A program made the translations under genes and the position numbers. A stretch of 20,000 nucleotides of DNA from an uncultured virus (IMG/VR IMGVR_UViG_3300037488_001694) (Duplodnaviria > Heunggongvirae > Uroviricota > Caudoviricetes), in IMG/VR virus record IMGVR_UViG_3300037488_001694; one strand, written 5' to 3'. The notes beneath the pieces were generated by a model. That model was not told the DNA's origin, searched no databases, and worked only from the letters and a program-made list of their open reading frames with translations. Shown in pieces: positions 11,101 through 20,000 of the stretch (its first letter is position 1; each line of letters starts with the position of its first letter).

Positions 11101-14100
11101 GGTACTTCAGGTACTAACGGGACAAATGGAACAAACGGGACAAGCGGAACGAATGGTACGAATGGTACTTCAGGAACAAATGGAACTTCAGGAACAAATG
11201 GTACCAATGGAACTAGCGGAACGAATGGAACTAACGGGACATCAGGTACAAACGGAACAAATGGTACTTCGGGAACTAACGGAACGAGCGGAACAAATGG
11301 GACTAATGGAACGAGCGGAACAAATGGGACTAATGGAACTTCAGGAACAAATGGTACTAATGGAACATCGGGAACGAATGGAACTAGCGGAACGAATGGA
11401 ACTAACGGGACTTCAGGAACCAACGGTACAAATGGCACATCAGGAACCAACGGTACAAATGGCACATCAGGAACAAACGGTACTAATGGAACTTCAGGAA
11501 CAAATGGGACATCGGGAACAAATGGAACTAACGGTACCAATGGAACGAATGGGACATCAGGAACAAATGGAACTAACGGTACCAATGGAACAAATGGGAC
11601 ATCGGGGACTAACGGTACAAACGGGACTAGCGGAACGAATGGAACCAATGGTACTTCAGGAACTAACGGAACCAACGGAACCTCAGGGACAAACGGTACT
11701 TCAGGAACAAATGGTACTAACGGAACTAGCGGAACAAACGGAACATCAGGTACAAATGGAACTAGTGGTTTAGATGGTGCAACAGGAACTAGTGGTACAT
11801 CAGGAACTAATGGTACAAACGGAACATCAGGTACTAATGGAACAAACGGTACGAATGGGACAAGTGGAACCAACGGTACAAATGGAACAAGCGGAACCAA
11901 CGGTACAAATGGGACTAGCGGAACCAACGGTACTTCAGGAACAAATGGTACGAATGGATCGTCAGGAACAAATGGGACAAATGGAACTAGCGGAACCAAC
12001 GGAACATCTGGTACAAGAGGAACGTCAGGAACCAATGGTACGAATGGAACATCAGGAACAAATGGTACGAATGGTACTAGTGGAACAAACGGAACATCAG
12101 GGACTAACGGTACAAATGGTACTAGTGGAACAAACGGAACATCAGGGACTAACGGTACAAATGGTACTAGTGGAACAAACGGAACATCAGGGACTAACGG
12201 TACGAATGGAACATCGGGAACTAATGGTACGAATGGAACTAGCGGAACAAATGGTACTTCAGGCACAAATGGAACAAATGGTACGAACGGGACTAATGGA
12301 ACCTCAGGTACAAACGGAACAAACGGTACATCAGGAACCAACGGGACTAGCGGCACTAATGGTACAAATGGAACTTCAGGTACAAATGGTACGAGTGGAA
12401 CTAACGGCACTTCAGGTACTAATGGAACGAATGGAACCTCAGGTACTAACGGAACAAACGGAACATCGGGAACTAATGGTACTTCAGGAACAAATGGTAC
12501 AAACGGTACTTCAGGAACAAATGGTACAAGTGGAACAAACGGAACATCGGGAACTAATGGTACGAATGGGACTTCAGGGACTAACGGAACGAATGGGACT
12601 TCAGGTACGAATGGTACTTCAGGAACTAATGGTACTAGCGGTACAAACGGAACAAATGGTACTTCAGGAACAAACGGTACATCAGGAACTAATGGAACAA
12701 ATGGATCGTCAGGTACAAATGGTACTTCAGGAACAAACGGTACTAGCGGAACGAATGGTACAAATGGTACATCAGGTACAAACGGAACGAATGGTACTAG
12801 CGGAACTAATGGAACTTCAGGGACTAATGGAACTAATGGCACTTCAGGTACAAACGGTACGAATGGAACCAACGGAACATCAGGAACCAATGGAACGAAT
12901 GGTACGAGCGGTACTAATGGTACTTCAGGTACCAATGGAACTAGCGGAACGAATGGAACAAATGGTTCAAGTGGTACCAATGGTACTAATGGAACATCAG
13001 GAACCAACGGGACATCAGGTACAAACGGAACGAATGGTACTAGCGGAACTAATGGAACTTCAGGGACTAATGGAACAAATGGTTCAAGCGGTACCAACGG
13101 TACTAATGGAACATCAGGTACCAACGGTACGAATGGTACTAGTGGAACAAATGGAACCTCAGGTACAAACGGGACAAATGGAACTTCGGGAACTAATGGA
13201 ACTTCGGGAACTAATGGAACGAACGGGACTAGCGGAACAAATGGTACTTCAGGAACGAATGGAACAAATGGTACAAGTGGAACTAACGGGACATCAGGTA
13301 CAAATGGTACTTCGGGAACTAACGGTACGAATGGAACTAGCGGGACAAATGGAACTAATGGAACGAACGGGACTAGCGGTACGAATGGTACTAGCGGAAC
13401 AAATGGTACAAATGGTACTAGCGGAACGAATGGTACATCAGGAACAAGAGGAACTTCAGGAACTAACGGTACTAACGGAACATCAGGTACTAATGGAACG
13501 AATGGAACTAACGGTACATCAGGAACGAACGGTACAAATGGAACTTCAGGGACGAACGGTACAAATGGAACTAACGGAACATCAGGTACGAATGGAACTA
13601 ATGGTACTAACGGAACTTCGGGAACGAATGGAACAAATGGTACATCAGGGACTAACGGTACAAACGGGACTAGTGGAACGAATGGTACTAATGGAACTTC
13701 GGGTACTAACGGAACCTCAGGTACAAATGGTACTTCAGGTACTAACGGAACAAATGGAACTTCAGGAACTAATGGAACCAACGGAACTAGCGGAACAAAT
13801 GGTACTAGCGGAACTAATGGAACAAACGGTACTAGTGGAACAAATGGAACTTCAGGTACGAACGGTACGAATGGAACATCGGGAACAAATGGGACTAGCG
13901 GAACAAATGGAACTAACGGTACGAGCGGGACCAATGGAACAAACGGTACATCCGGTACGAATGGGACTTCAGGAACAAATGGAACTAATGGTACATCAGG
14001 TACGAATGGAACTTCAGGTACGAACGGAACTAATGGAACAAGTGGGACTAACGGTACTTCAGGAACAAGAGGAACATCAGGGACAAACGGAACAAATGGA

Positions 14101-17100
14101 ACTTCAGGAACTAATGGAACTTCAGGTACGAATGGAACATCAGGAACTAATGGGACATCAGGAACTAATGGGACAAATGGTACCAACGGAACAAATGGAA
14201 CGTCAGGGACAAACGGTACAAACGGAACCTCAGGTACGAATGGAACAAATGGAACTTCAGGTACGAACGGTACAAATGGAACAAACGGTACTTCAGGGAC
14301 TAACGGTACAAATGGAACAAACGGTACAAGCGGGACTAATGGAACAAACGGTACTTCAGGCACAAATGGAACTAGTGGAACGAACGGTACGAATGGAACG
14401 AACGGTACGAATGGAACATCCGGAACTAATGGAACATCAGGTACAAATGGTTCAAGTGGCACCAACGGTACAAATGGTTCAAGTGGGACGAACGGTACGA
14501 ATGGAACCTCAGGTACAAATGGTACTTCAGGAACTAATGGGACTAGCGGAACAAATGGAACTAACGGAACATCTGGTACAAATGGAACAAACGGTACATC
14601 GGGAACGAACGGAACAAATGGAACATCAGGTACAAATGGATCATCAGGAACTAATGGTACAAATGGAACTTCAGGTACAAATGGTACAAATGGGACTAGC
14701 GGAACGAATGGAACATCAGGAACCAATGGTACAAATGGGACATCAGGAACTAACGGAACGTCAGGTACTCGTGGAACTTCAGGAACTAACGGAACTAACG
14801 GAACATCAGGTACAAATGGTACAAATGGAACTTCGGGAACTAATGGTACAAACGGAACTAATGGAACATCAGGTACAAATGGAACAAGTGGTACTAATGG
14901 TACAAACGGAACTAGCGGTACGAATGGAACTAATGGAACATCAGGTACAAATGGAACAAGTGGTACTAATGGTACAAATGGCACTAGCGGAACAAATGGA
15001 ACAAATGGTACTTCAGGTACAAATGGAACTAGCGGAACCAACGGTACTAACGGAACAAATGGGACTTCAGGTACGAATGGAACAAATGGTACTAGCGGAA
15101 CTAATGGTACGAACGGAACCAACGGTACTAGCGGAACGAATGGAACTTCAGGTACAAACGGTACTAATGGAACTTCAGGAACAAATGGAACAAATGGTAC
15201 ATCAGGAACAAACGGAACTAGCGGTACGAATGGGACAAATGGTTCAAGTGGTACCAACGGAACTTCGGGAACCAATGGAACAAATGGTTCAAGTGGAACT
15301 AACGGATCATCAGGTACAAACGGTACGTCAGGAACTAATGGTACTAGCGGAACGAATGGAACTAATGGTACTTCAGGAACTAATGGTACTTCAGGAACTA
15401 ATGGTACAAATGGAACTAACGGTACGAATGGAACTTCAGGAACAAACGGTACGAATGGAACTAATGGCACATCGGGTACAAACGGAACCAATGGAACATC
15501 AGGAACAAATGGTACGAATGGTACTAGCGGAACGAATGGGACTTCAGGTACAAATGGAACAAACGGAACATCGGGAACTAATGGTACAAACGGAACTAGC
15601 GGAACGAATGGAACAAATGGTACCAACGGGACTTCTGGAACGAACGGAACGAATGGTACATCAGGTACGAATGGAACTTCAGGTACGAATGGAACAAATG
15701 GTACAAACGGAACTAGCGGAACGAATGGAACAAATGGAACTAGCGGAACGAATGGTACTAATGGAACATCAGGTACCAACGGAACTAGTGGGACAAATGG
15801 TACGAATGGAACGTCAGGGACAAATGGAACTTCAGGCACTAACGGAACAAATGGAACATCGGGAACTAACGGAACTTCAGGTACAAACGGAACAAATGGT
15901 ACTAGCGGAACAAATGGTACTAGCGGAACAAATGGTACTAGCGGAACAAATGGTACATCAGGTACTCGTGGAACTTCAGGTACAAATGGAACTAATGGAA
16001 CGAATGGTACATCAGGTACAAATGGAACTAATGGAACTAATGGAACGAATGGTACATCAGGAACTAACGGGACATCAGGTACGAACGGTACTAATGGTAC
16101 CAACGGAACATCAGGAACTAATGGTACCAACGGAACTAGCGGTACAAATGGTACATCAGGTACGAATGGAACGTCAGGAACAAACGGAACAGGAGGATCT
16201 TCAGGAACAAATGGAACTTCAGGTACAAATGGTACAAATGGTACAAATGGCACTTCAGGAACAAACGGAACTTCAGGAACAAATGGTACGAATGGTACTA
16301 ACGGAACTTCAGGAACAAACGGAACAAATGGTACAAATGGCACTTCAGGAACAAACGGAACTTCAGGAACAAATGGTACGAATGGTACTAACGGAACCTC
16401 AGGAACAAACGGTACTTCAGGAACAAATGGTACAAATGGTACTAACGGAACCTCAGGAACAAACGGAACAGGAGGATCTTCGGGAACAAACGGAACCTCA
16501 GGAACAAACGGAACAGGAGGATCTTCGGGAACAAACGGAACTTCAGGAACAAATGGAACAGGAGGATCTTCGGGAACAAACGGAACTTCAGGAACAAATG
16601 GTACATCCGGTGTTAGTGGAGCGTCAGGAACTTCAGGAACTAATGGTACAAACGGAACTAATGGGACTTCAGGAACAAATGGAACTTCGGGATCTAATGG
16701 TACAAACGGAACTAATGGGACTTCAGGTACGAACGGAACAAATGGTACCAATGGGACTAGCGGAACCAACGGAACAGGAGGATCTTCGGGAACAAATGGT
16801 ACATCTGGAACAAATGGAACTTCAGGTACGAACGGAACAGGAGGATCTTCGGGAACAAATGGAACTAGCGGTACGAATGGTACAAACGGAACTAATGGGA
16901 CTTCAGGTACGAACGGAACAAATGGTACCAATGGGACTAGCGGAACCAACGGAACAGGAGGATCTTCGGGAACAAATGGAACTTCAGGTACGAACGGAAC
17001 CAATGGTACAAATGGAACTTCAGGTACGAACGGAACCAATGGTACAAATGGAACTTCAGGTACGAACGGAACCAATGGTACAAATGGAACTTCAGGAACT

Positions 17101-17721
17101 AATGGTACAAGCGGAACCAACGGAACATCAGGAACAGGATTTAGTACGATATCTCCAACAACAGATAATAATATATTAACCGCAAATGGTACGGCAAATT
17201 CGGCAAACTCAGAACCTAACCTAACATTTAATGGAGCTTCCAATTTATTAACGGTAACGGGAAGTGCAACGATAACCGAACATTTACGAATCACTAGAAC
17301 TTCAGGTCTCTACACAATCAGCACAGACCCTATTTCAAGGTTAGTTAGTAATGGTGATTATTATGGTGAGACACTTGCTATTGGAGATGTTGGTACTCCA
17401 GCCGTTGGAAGTGTTTATTATTTTTCATCTTCAAGTACGTGGTTATTAACCGACGCAGATACCGCAGCACAATCAAGAAATTTAATTGCCATTTCCGTAG
17501 ATGCTATTGGATTTAATAGAGGTATGTTAATTAGAGGTTATTTTAAAAACACCGCTTGGTCATTTACAATTGGGTTCCCGGTATACTTATCTGTTAATCC
17601 AGGTGGACTATCTTCTACACAACCTACAGGATCTGGAGATATTGTTAGAGTTGTGGGTTATGCAATTGCTTCAGATGAAATTTATTTTAATCCTTCACAA
17701 GATTGGATTGAGTTAGTATAA
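5158..17721 (+). CDS. Giant collagen-like (Gly-X-Y) fibre protein, 4187 aa
   Basis: 52-aa non-repetitive N-terminus, 3939 aa of Gly-X-Y repeats and a C-terminal globular region of about 195 aa (..[43 protein letters not shown]). Synonymous third-position variation across the repeat shows this is the coding frame. Confidence 0.9.
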   Translation: MGFQRLTDRTIATGVSLNDLIHIVITGDTSQNPAGSSYKATIAQVGAAITSVGTSGTDGTSGTDGTSGINGTSGTNGTSGTNGSSGTDGTSGSNGTDGTSGTNGTNGSSGTNGTNGSSGTDGTNGSSGTDGTSGTNGSSGTNGTSGTDGTSGTNGTDGTSGTNGTDGSSGTDGTNGSSGTDGTNGSSGTDGTSGSDGTSGTDGTSGTDGTSGTDGTSGISGVNGTSGTNGTNGSSGTDGTNGSSGTDGTSGTDGTNGSSGTDGTSGTDGTNGSSGTDGTNGTSGTDGTNGTSGTDGTSGTDGTNGSSGTDGTSGTDGTNGSSGTDGTNGSSGTDGTNGSSGTDGTSGTDGSSGTNGTDGTSGTNGTDGSSGTNGTDGSSGTNGTDGSSGTNGTDGTSGTDGTNGSSGTDGTNGSSGTDGTSGTDGTNGSSGTDGTSGTDGTNGTSGTDGTNGSSGTDGTNGSSGTDGTSGTDGTSGTDGTNGSSGTDGTSGTDGTNGSSGTDGTNGSSGTDGTNGSSGTDGTNGSSGTDGTSGTDGTNGSSGTDGTSGTDGTNGSSGTDGTNGSSGTDGTSGTDGTNGSSGTDGTNGSSGTNGTDGTSGTDGTSGTDGTSGTDGTNGSSGTDGTNGSSGTDGTSGTDGTNGSSGTDGTNGSSGTDGTSGTDGTNGTSGLSGVDGTDGTSGTDGTSGTDGTNGSSGTNGTDGTSGTDGTNGSSGTDGTSGTDGTNGTSGTDGTNGSSGTNGTNGTSGTNGTNGTSGTNGTNGTSGTNGTSGTNGTNGTNGTSGTNGTSGTNGTNGTNGTNGTSGTNGTNGTSGTNGTNGTNGTNGTSGTNGTNGTSGTNGTSGTNGTNGTSGTNGTSGTNGTNGTSGTNGTNGTSGTNGTSGTNGTNGTNGTSGTSGTNGTNGTNGTNGTSGTNGTNGTSGTNGTNGTSGTNGTNGTNGTNGTSGTNGTNGTNGTNGTSGTNGTNGTSGTNGTNGTNGTSGTNGTNGTSGTNGTSGTNGTNGTSGTNGTSGTNGTNGTSGTNGTNGTSGTNGTSGTNGTSGTNGTSGTNGTNGTNGTNGTSGTNGTNGTSGTNGTNGTSGTNGTNGTSGTNGTSGTNGTNGTNGTSGTNGTSGTNGTNGTNGTNGTSGTNGTNGSSGTNGTNGTNGTSGTNGTNGTNGTNGTSGTNGTNGTNGTNGTSGTNGTNGTNGTNGSSGTNGTNGSSGTNGTNGTSGTNGTSGTNGTNGTSGTNGTNGTNGTSGTNGTNGTSGTNGTSGTNGTNGTNGTSGTNGTSGTNGTNGTSGTNGTNGTNGTDGTSGTNGTNGTNGTNGTSGTNGTNGTSGTNGTNGTSGTNGTSGTNGTSGTNGTNGTNGTSGTNGTNGSSGTNGTSGTNGTSGTNGTSGTNGTNGTSGTNGTSGTNGTNGTSGTNGTNGTSGTNGTNGTSGTNGTNGTNGTNGTSGTNGTNGTNGTNGTSGTNGTNGSSGTNGTNGTSGTNGTNGTSGTNGTSGTNGTSGTNGTNGTSGTNGTNGSSGTNGTNGTSGTNGTSGTNGTNGTNGTNGTSGTNGTNGTSGTNGTNGTSGTNGTSGTNGTNGSSGTNGTNGTSGTNGTNGTSGTNGTSGTNGTNGTNGTNGTSGTNGTNGTSGTNGTSGTNGTNGTSGTNGTNGTSGTNGTSGTNGTNGSSGTNGTNGTSGTNGTNGTNGTSGTNGTNGTSGTNGTSGTNGTSGTNGTNGSSGTNGTNGTSGTNGTSGTNGTSGTNGTSGTNGTNGTNGTSGTNGTSGTNGTNGTSGTNGTNGTSGTNGTNGTNGTSGTNGTNGTSGTNGTSGTNGTNGTNGTSGTNGTNGTSGTNGTNGTSGTNGTSGTNGTNGTSGTNGTNGTSGTNGTSGTNGTNGTNGTSGTNGTNGTSGTNGTSGTNGTNGTSGTNGTSGTNGTNGTNGTSGTNGTNGSSGTNGTNGSSGTNGTSGTNGTNGTNGTNGTSGTNGTNGSSGTNGTNGTSGTNGTSGTNGTNGTSGTNGTNGTNGTSGTNGTNGTSGTNGTSGTNGTNGTSGTNGTNGTSGTNGTNGTSGTNGTSGTNGTNGTSGTNGTNGTSGTNGTNGTSGTNGTSGTNGTNGTSGTNGTNGTSGTNGTNGTSGTNGTNGTSGTNGTSGTNGTNGTNGTNGTSGTNGTNGTNGTNGTSGTNGTNGTSGTNGTNGTSGTNGTNGTSGTNGTSGTNGTNGTSGTNGTSGTNGTSGLDGATGTSGTSGTNGTNGTSGTNGTNGTNGTSGTNGTNGTSGTNGTNGTSGTNGTSGTNGTNGSSGTNGTNGTSGTNGTSGTRGTSGTNGTNGTSGTNGTNGTSGTNGTSGTNGTNGTSGTNGTSGTNGTNGTSGTNGTSGTNGTNGTSGTNGTNGTSGTNGTSGTNGTNGTNGTNGTSGTNGTNGTSGTNGTSGTNGTNGTSGTNGTSGTNGTSGTNGTNGTSGTNGTNGTSGTNGTSGTNGTNGTSGTNGTSGTNGTSGTNGTNGTSGTNGTNGTSGTNGTSGTNGTSGTNGTNGTSGTNGTSGTNGTNGSSGTNGTSGTNGTSGTNGTNGTSGTNGTNGTSGTNGTSGTNGTNGTSGTNGTNGTNGTSGTNGTNGTSGTNGTSGTNGTSGTNGTNGSSGTNGTNGTSGTNGTSGTNGTNGTSGTNGTSGTNGTNGSSGTNGTNGTSGTNGTNGTSGTNGTSGTNGTNGTSGTNGTSGTNGTNGTSGTNGTSGTNGTNGTSGTNGTSGTNGTSGTNGTNGTSGTNGTNGTNGTSGTNGTSGTNGTNGTSGTNGTSGTRGTSGTNGTNGTSGTNGTNGTNGTSGTNGTNGTSGTNGTNGTNGTSGTNGTNGTNGTSGTNGTNGTSGTNGTNGTSGTNGTNGTSGTNGTSGTNGTSGTNGTNGTSGTNGTNGTSGTNGTSGTNGTNGTSGTNGTSGTNGTNGTSGTNGTSGTNGTNGTSGTNGTNGTSGTNGTSGTNGTNGTSGTNGTSGTNGTNGTSGTNGTSGTRGTSGTNGTNGTSGTNGTSGTNGTSGTNGTSGTNGTNGTNGTNGTSGTNGTNGTSGTNGTNGTSGTNGTNGTNGTSGTNGTNGTNGTSGTNGTNGTSGTNGTSGTNGTNGTNGTNGTSGTNGTSGTNGSSGTNGTNGSSGTNGTNGTSGTNGTSGTNGTSGTNGTNGTSGTNGTNGTSGTNGTNGTSGTNGSSGTNGTNGTSGTNGTNGTSGTNGTSGTNGTNGTSGTNGTSGTRGTSGTNGTNGTSGTNGTNGTSGTNGTNGTNGTSGTNGTSGTNGTNGTSGTNGTNGTSGTNGTSGTNGTNGTSGTNGTNGTSGTNGTSGTNGTNGTNGTSGTNGTNGTSGTNGTNGTNGTSGTNGTSGTNGTNGTSGTNGTNGTSGTNGTSGTNGTNGSSGTNGTSGTNGTNGSSGTNGSSGTNGTSGTNGTSGTNGTNGTSGTNGTSGTNGTNGTNGTNGTSGTNGTNGTNGTSGTNGTNGTSGTNGTNGTSGTNGTSGTNGTNGTSGTNGTNGTSGTNGTNGTNGTSGTNGTNGTSGTNGTSGTNGTNGTNGTSGTNGTNGTSGTNGTNGTSGTNGTSGTNGTNGTSGTNGTSGTNGTNGTSGTNGTSGTNGTNGTSGTNGTSGTNGTSGTNGTSGTRGTSGTNGTNGTNGTSGTNGTNGTNGTNGTSGTNGTSGTNGTNGTNGTSGTNGTNGTSGTNGTSGTNGTSGTNGTGGSSGTNGTSGTNGTNGTNGTSGTNGTSGTNGTNGTNGTSGTNGTNGTNGTSGTNGTSGTNGTNGTNGTSGTNGTSGTNGTNGTNGTSGTNGTGGSSGTNGTSGTNGTGGSSGTNGTSGTNGTGGSSGTNGTSGTNGTSGVSGASGTSGTNGTNGTNGTSGTNGTSGSNGTNGTNGTSGTNGTNGTNGTSGTNGTGGSSGTNGTSGTNGTSGTNGTGGSSGTNGTSGTNGTNGTNGTSGTNGTNGTNGTSGTNGTGGSSGTNGTSGTNGTNGTNGTSGTNGTNGTNGTSGTNGTNGTNGTSGTNGTSGTNGTSGTGFSTISPTTDNNILTANGTANSANSEPNLTFNGASNLLTVTGSATITEHLRITRTSGLYTISTDPISRLVSNGDYYGETLAIGDVGTPAVGSVYYFSSSSTWLLTDADTAAQSRNLIAISVDAIGFNRGMLIRGYFKNTAWSFTIGFPVYLSVNPGGLSSTQPTGSGDIVRVVGYAIASDEIYFNPSQDWIELV
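12070..12203 (+). repeat. Exact 45-bp tandem repeat, about 3 copies
   Basis: The unit GGTACTAGTGGAACAAACGGAACATCAGGGACTAACGGTACAAAT starts at 12073, 12118 and 12163. The third copy differs only near its end. Confidence 0.88.
16696..16979 (+). repeat. Exact 104-bp direct repeat, 180-bp period
   Basis: 16696-16799 is identical to 16876-16979, including synonymous positions. Confidence 0.88.
16978..17085 (+). repeat. Exact 36-bp tandem repeat x3
   Basis: GGAACTTCAGGTACGAACGGAACCAATGGTACAAAT at 16978, 17014 and 17050. Confidence 0.9.
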
Positions 17722-17731
17722 TTTATTTAAT

Positions 17732-18448
17732 ATGCCAACAGTAAGTAAAGTTAATGACGTTTTATGTTTTAACATCAGTAAAGTAGATGATGTACTTAAA
17801 ACAAATGCAAGGAAAATGGACGATATTGACTTCTGCTCACCAACACCAACAATGACACCAAGTACATCACCAGGGGCAACACCATCAAATACACCAACCA
17901 TTACTCCAACAAGAACGGTTACACCAACAAGAACACCAACCATTACTCCAACAAGAACGGTTACACCAACAATTACTCCAACAACAACACCAACCATTAC
18001 ACCAACAAGAACACCGGCTAATACACCAGCCAACACACCATCTAATACTCCATCTAATACTCCATCTAACACACCAAGTAATACTCCATCTAACACACCA
18101 AGTAATACTCCAAGTAATACTCCAAGTATTACACCAACAAGTACACCAGCAGGTGGTACACCAACACCAACTCCAACACCAACTCCAACACCTTGTGTGG
18201 AAATTTGTTGTTTAAAAGAATTATGTTTTGATGAGAATGACCCCCCAATAGCTTGTCAGTGTAATGTTACAGTACAAGTTTATTTACACTTACCTTGTGG
18301 TGGTTCATGTGGTTTTAGCAATGCCGATGGTTTATTTGATGATGCCGATTGTAGAACTCCAGCACCACGAGGTTTTTACTCAGATGGTGTTGATGTTTAC
18401 TATTGGGATCCACCAACACTTTCATTATCCTACATCGGACCTTGTTAA
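17732..18448 (+). CDS. Putative virion protein with short N-terminal repeats, Pro/Thr stalk and Cys-rich C-terminal domain
   Basis: 238 aa. The N-terminus has three related motifs (VSKVNDV, ISKVDDV, ARKMDDI), followed by about 120 aa of TP repeats and a Cys-rich C-terminal domain containing APRGFYSDG. It starts 10 nt after the giant gene's stop. Confidence 0.82.
   Translation: MPTVSKVNDVLCFNISKVDDVLKTNARKMDDIDFCSPTPTMTPSTSPGATPSNTPTITPTRTVTPTRTPTITPTRTVTPTITPTTTPTITPTRTPANTPANTPSNTPSNTPSNTPSNTPSNTPSNTPSNTPSITPTSTPAGGTPTPTPTPTPTPCVEICCLKELCFDENDPPIACQCNVTVQVYLHLPCGGSCGFSNADGLFDDADCRTPAPRGFYSDGVDVYYWDPPTLSLSYIGPC
17837..18193 (+). repeat. Pro/Thr coding repeat with a TPSN tetrapeptide array and a 40-bp exact duplication
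   Basis: 17891-17930 is identical to 17933-17972. Tandem 12-bp units encoding TPAN/TPSN lie at about 18012-18130. Confidence 0.88.
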
Positions 18449-18478
18449 TAAAAAACCCCCACTTTTTAGGTGAGGGTT
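18449..18478 (-). terminator. Intrinsic terminator between convergent genes, best on the - strand and possibly bidirectional
   Basis: The - strand RNA reads AACCCUCAC-CUAAAAA-GUGGGGGUU-UUUUAUU, a 9-bp stem with one G.U pair, a 7-nt loop and a U-tract. On the + strand the stem has a C/A mismatch and a weaker tail. Confidence 0.75.
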
Positions 18479-18482
18479 AAAT

Positions 18483-20000
18483 TTATTTTCTGTTATCCAT
18501 ATAAACGATAATTTCATCGTACCATTCAATAAAGTGTTCATTCCATAGATCCCATTTAATATCAACACCATCTACTGAGAAAATTTGTATGTTATCAAAT
18601 TGGGGAAAGATATTATCTCTAAACCATCTGAACTTACACTTATGAAAATTACTATCGTTTCTCATATGAAACTCCGTAACAATTTTTGGAATAGTTTTAA
18701 GGAATTCAATATTACTTTGTTGGAATACGTCATATTCACCACCTTCACAATCACACTTTAAAAAATCAATGTGTTTAATGTTATTTTCGTCTAAGAATTC
18801 TTTGAATGTAAAGGTTGGAACACTTTCAGTTATGTGATCCCAACTGATCTCAATTTTCTTTTTATCTGTGATTGCTCCTTGAATAATTTTAACATTGTCT
18901 CTTCCAACATTTTTATGAAGGACATCAATCTGATATGACAATGGTTCAACAACATAACATTGTTTTGGATTCTTCGGTAGAATTTTATACGTAAATGGTC
19001 CCAATGATGCTCCCAAATCTACAACAATATCACCTTCTTCAACTTCAAAGAATCTCTCATATGTGTTATCATCAAATATTTCTTTGATTGCAGCGTCTAC
19101 GTACCAATCACTTTTTTTGCCCCAATCAAATGAGATTTCATCAATTTTTTCTTCCATTACTTCTTTGTTAATTATTTTATTTATTTCTTTTATTACCATA
19201 TCGGAACTTATTCTTTTTGTACATTCAAACATCCGATCGGTATTTTTATGTAATGGACACCAGTTCCAATCACCAGCATCTAATCTTTCCGAATTAAAAC
19301 ATCCGTGACAAACACTTTCGTTAATAACTCTATATGTGTCTAAAGTTGTTTCGGCCCATTTTTCACTAAACCCTGAGATTAAAACTAACGGTAATTCACA
19401 AGCCCAAGCCAACCAAGACAACCCTGATCCTAAACCAATGAAAAATTCACAAGTACTTAAATCATTAATGACTTCTTGTAGGTTACCACCTTCAAATATT
19501 GTTACACCTTTAGGGTAATTGTTATTCATATATCCATCACCTTCTTTAGAATAGATCATACATTCATAACCTAACGATGTTAGATAATCAACAACTTTTT
19601 GCCAACCATCGGGGTTATTCCAATATTTTGATTGTGCTGTTGAGTGGAATCCAATACCAACCTTTTTCTTTTTTGACACATTTGGTAATTTAAGTTTTGG
19701 TCTAATCTCGGTATGTTCAAGACCTAAGATATCCGTTGCGGTTTTTTGTAATGGTTGTTTTTTGTAATCGCTAGGTGCCATATCATAATCAACCGAACCG
19801 TCTTCTTTATAGAACCAACCCAATCTGTATTGTGCGTGGATATTCATAACAACATCACCTGGTTCAACAAACTGAATATCAGGATATTGATCTGAAAATA
19901 AGTAATTCATAAATGTTGATACAATTAATTCACATTTGTGTTTCAACCTAAATTCCTCAACGTAAGGAACCCAAGCCATTGTATCCCCTAACGACTTTGA
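18483..20000 (-). CDS. Aah/TibC-like (BAHT) autotransporter O-heptosyltransferase domain fused to a C-terminal FkbM-family methyltransferase, 5' end outside the window
   Basis: The frame is open to base 20000 (SKSLGDT-MAWVPYVEEF), so ATG 19979 is internal. BAHT-like motifs are LGDxxAWxPY, STAQSKYWNNPDGW, FFIGLGSGLSWLAWA, LISGFS and the 4-Cys iron-finger-like VCHGCFN..WNWCPLHKNTDRMFECTKRI. FkbM-like motifs are GDIVVDLGASLG, VVEP and IDFLKCDCEGGE. Confidence 0.85.
   Translation of the reverse strand, partial: SKSLGDTMAWVPYVEEFRLKHKCELIVSTFMNYLFSDQYPDIQFVEPGDVVMNIHAQYRLGWFYKEDGSVDYDMAPSDYKKQPLQKTATDILGLEHTEIRPKLKLPNVSKKKKVGIGFHSTAQSKYWNNPDGWQKVVDYLTSLGYECMIYSKEGDGYMNNNYPKGVTIFEGGNLQEVINDLSTCEFFIGLGSGLSWLAWACELPLVLISGFSEKWAETTLDTYRVINESVCHGCFNSERLDAGDWNWCPLHKNTDRMFECTKRISSDMVIKEINKIINKEVMEEKIDEISFDWGKKSDWYVDAAIKEIFDDNTYERFFEVEEGDIVVDLGASLGPFTYKILPKNPKQCYVVEPLSYQIDVLHKNVGRDNVKIIQGAITDKKKIEISWDHITESVPTFTFKEFLDENNIKHIDFLKCDCEGGEYDVFQQSNIEFLKTIPKIVTEFHMRNDSNFHKCKFRWFRDNIFPQFDNIQIFSVDGVDIKWDLWNEHFIEWYDEIIVYMDNRK

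Larger units (their letters stand above)
5314..17130 (+). repeat. 9-bp period coding repeat: 1313 Gly-X-Y triplets
   Basis: 11817 bp equals 1313 x 9. Gly codons are in the same phase at every position checked (5314, 7141, 9022, 11767, 16186, 17131). Triplets are almost all GTN, GTS, GSS or GTD, with no Pro. Confidence 0.95.

Noticed and set aside
16696..16979. Diversity-generating retroelement template/variable repeat pair
   Set aside because: The copies are identical with no adenine-specific differences, lie inside the low-complexity array, and no reverse transcriptase is present in the window.
5314..17130. CRISPR array, satellite DNA or DNA-level code
   Set aside because: There is no constant repeat with unique spacers. 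Variation is concentrated at synonymous positions of one reading frame, so it is a protein-coding repeat.
5294..17179. Long +1-frame ORFs (176, 440, 1532 and 1801 aa, MEQMVLQE-like)
   Set aside because: Stops in this frame need T at sense codon position 2. The ORFs break exactly at the rare Val/Leu codons (5824, 7174, 11773), as expected for passive shadows.
5166..17294. 4042-aa antisense ORF (VPFVPLVPE repeats)
   Set aside because: It is a shadow of the repeat. Stops in this frame need sense codons starting TA or CA (Tyr, His, Gln), which the Gly/Thr/Asn/Ser/Asp repeat lacks. Synonymous variation fits the + frame.
17713..18096. Antisense 127-aa GVL-repeat ORF
   Set aside because: It is the reverse complement of the TPSN/TPT repeat in the 17732 gene.
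19977..19979. ATG 19979 as the start of the glycosyltransferase gene
   Set aside because: The frame stays open to base 20000 and includes the conserved LGD motif upstream of this Met.
246..20000. Stop-codon reassignment as seen in some large phages
   Set aside because: All called genes end in TAA and read through without in-frame TAG or TGA, so this window gives no evidence either way.

Overview
This AT-rich window reads best as a virion structural and surface-decoration module of a large tailed phage, possibly with a Bacteroidota host. That assignment is inference, because no capsid, terminase or portal gene lies in the window. Five co-oriented + strand genes encode a Cys-rich LamG-like protein with a probable 1-bp frameshift at its 3' end, a Pro/Thr-stalk LamG protein, a small Cys protein, a 4187-aa collagen-like protein and a second Pro/Thr-stalk Cys-rich protein. 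The giant protein has 1313 in-register, proline-free Gly-X-Y triplets, mostly GTN, GTS, GSS and GTD. These genes converge at an intrinsic terminator on a 5'-truncated - strand gene encoding an Aah/TibC-type (BAHT) protein O-heptosyltransferase domain fused to a FkbM-family methyltransferase. A TATTTAT motif lies 5-14 nt upstream of five of the six visible starts. The best candidate for a new system is a virus-encoded protein glycosylation plus methylation enzyme next to very Ser/Thr/Asn-rich fibre and mucin-like proteins, which suggests a glycosylated virion coat with a fibre potentially about 1 micrometre long.
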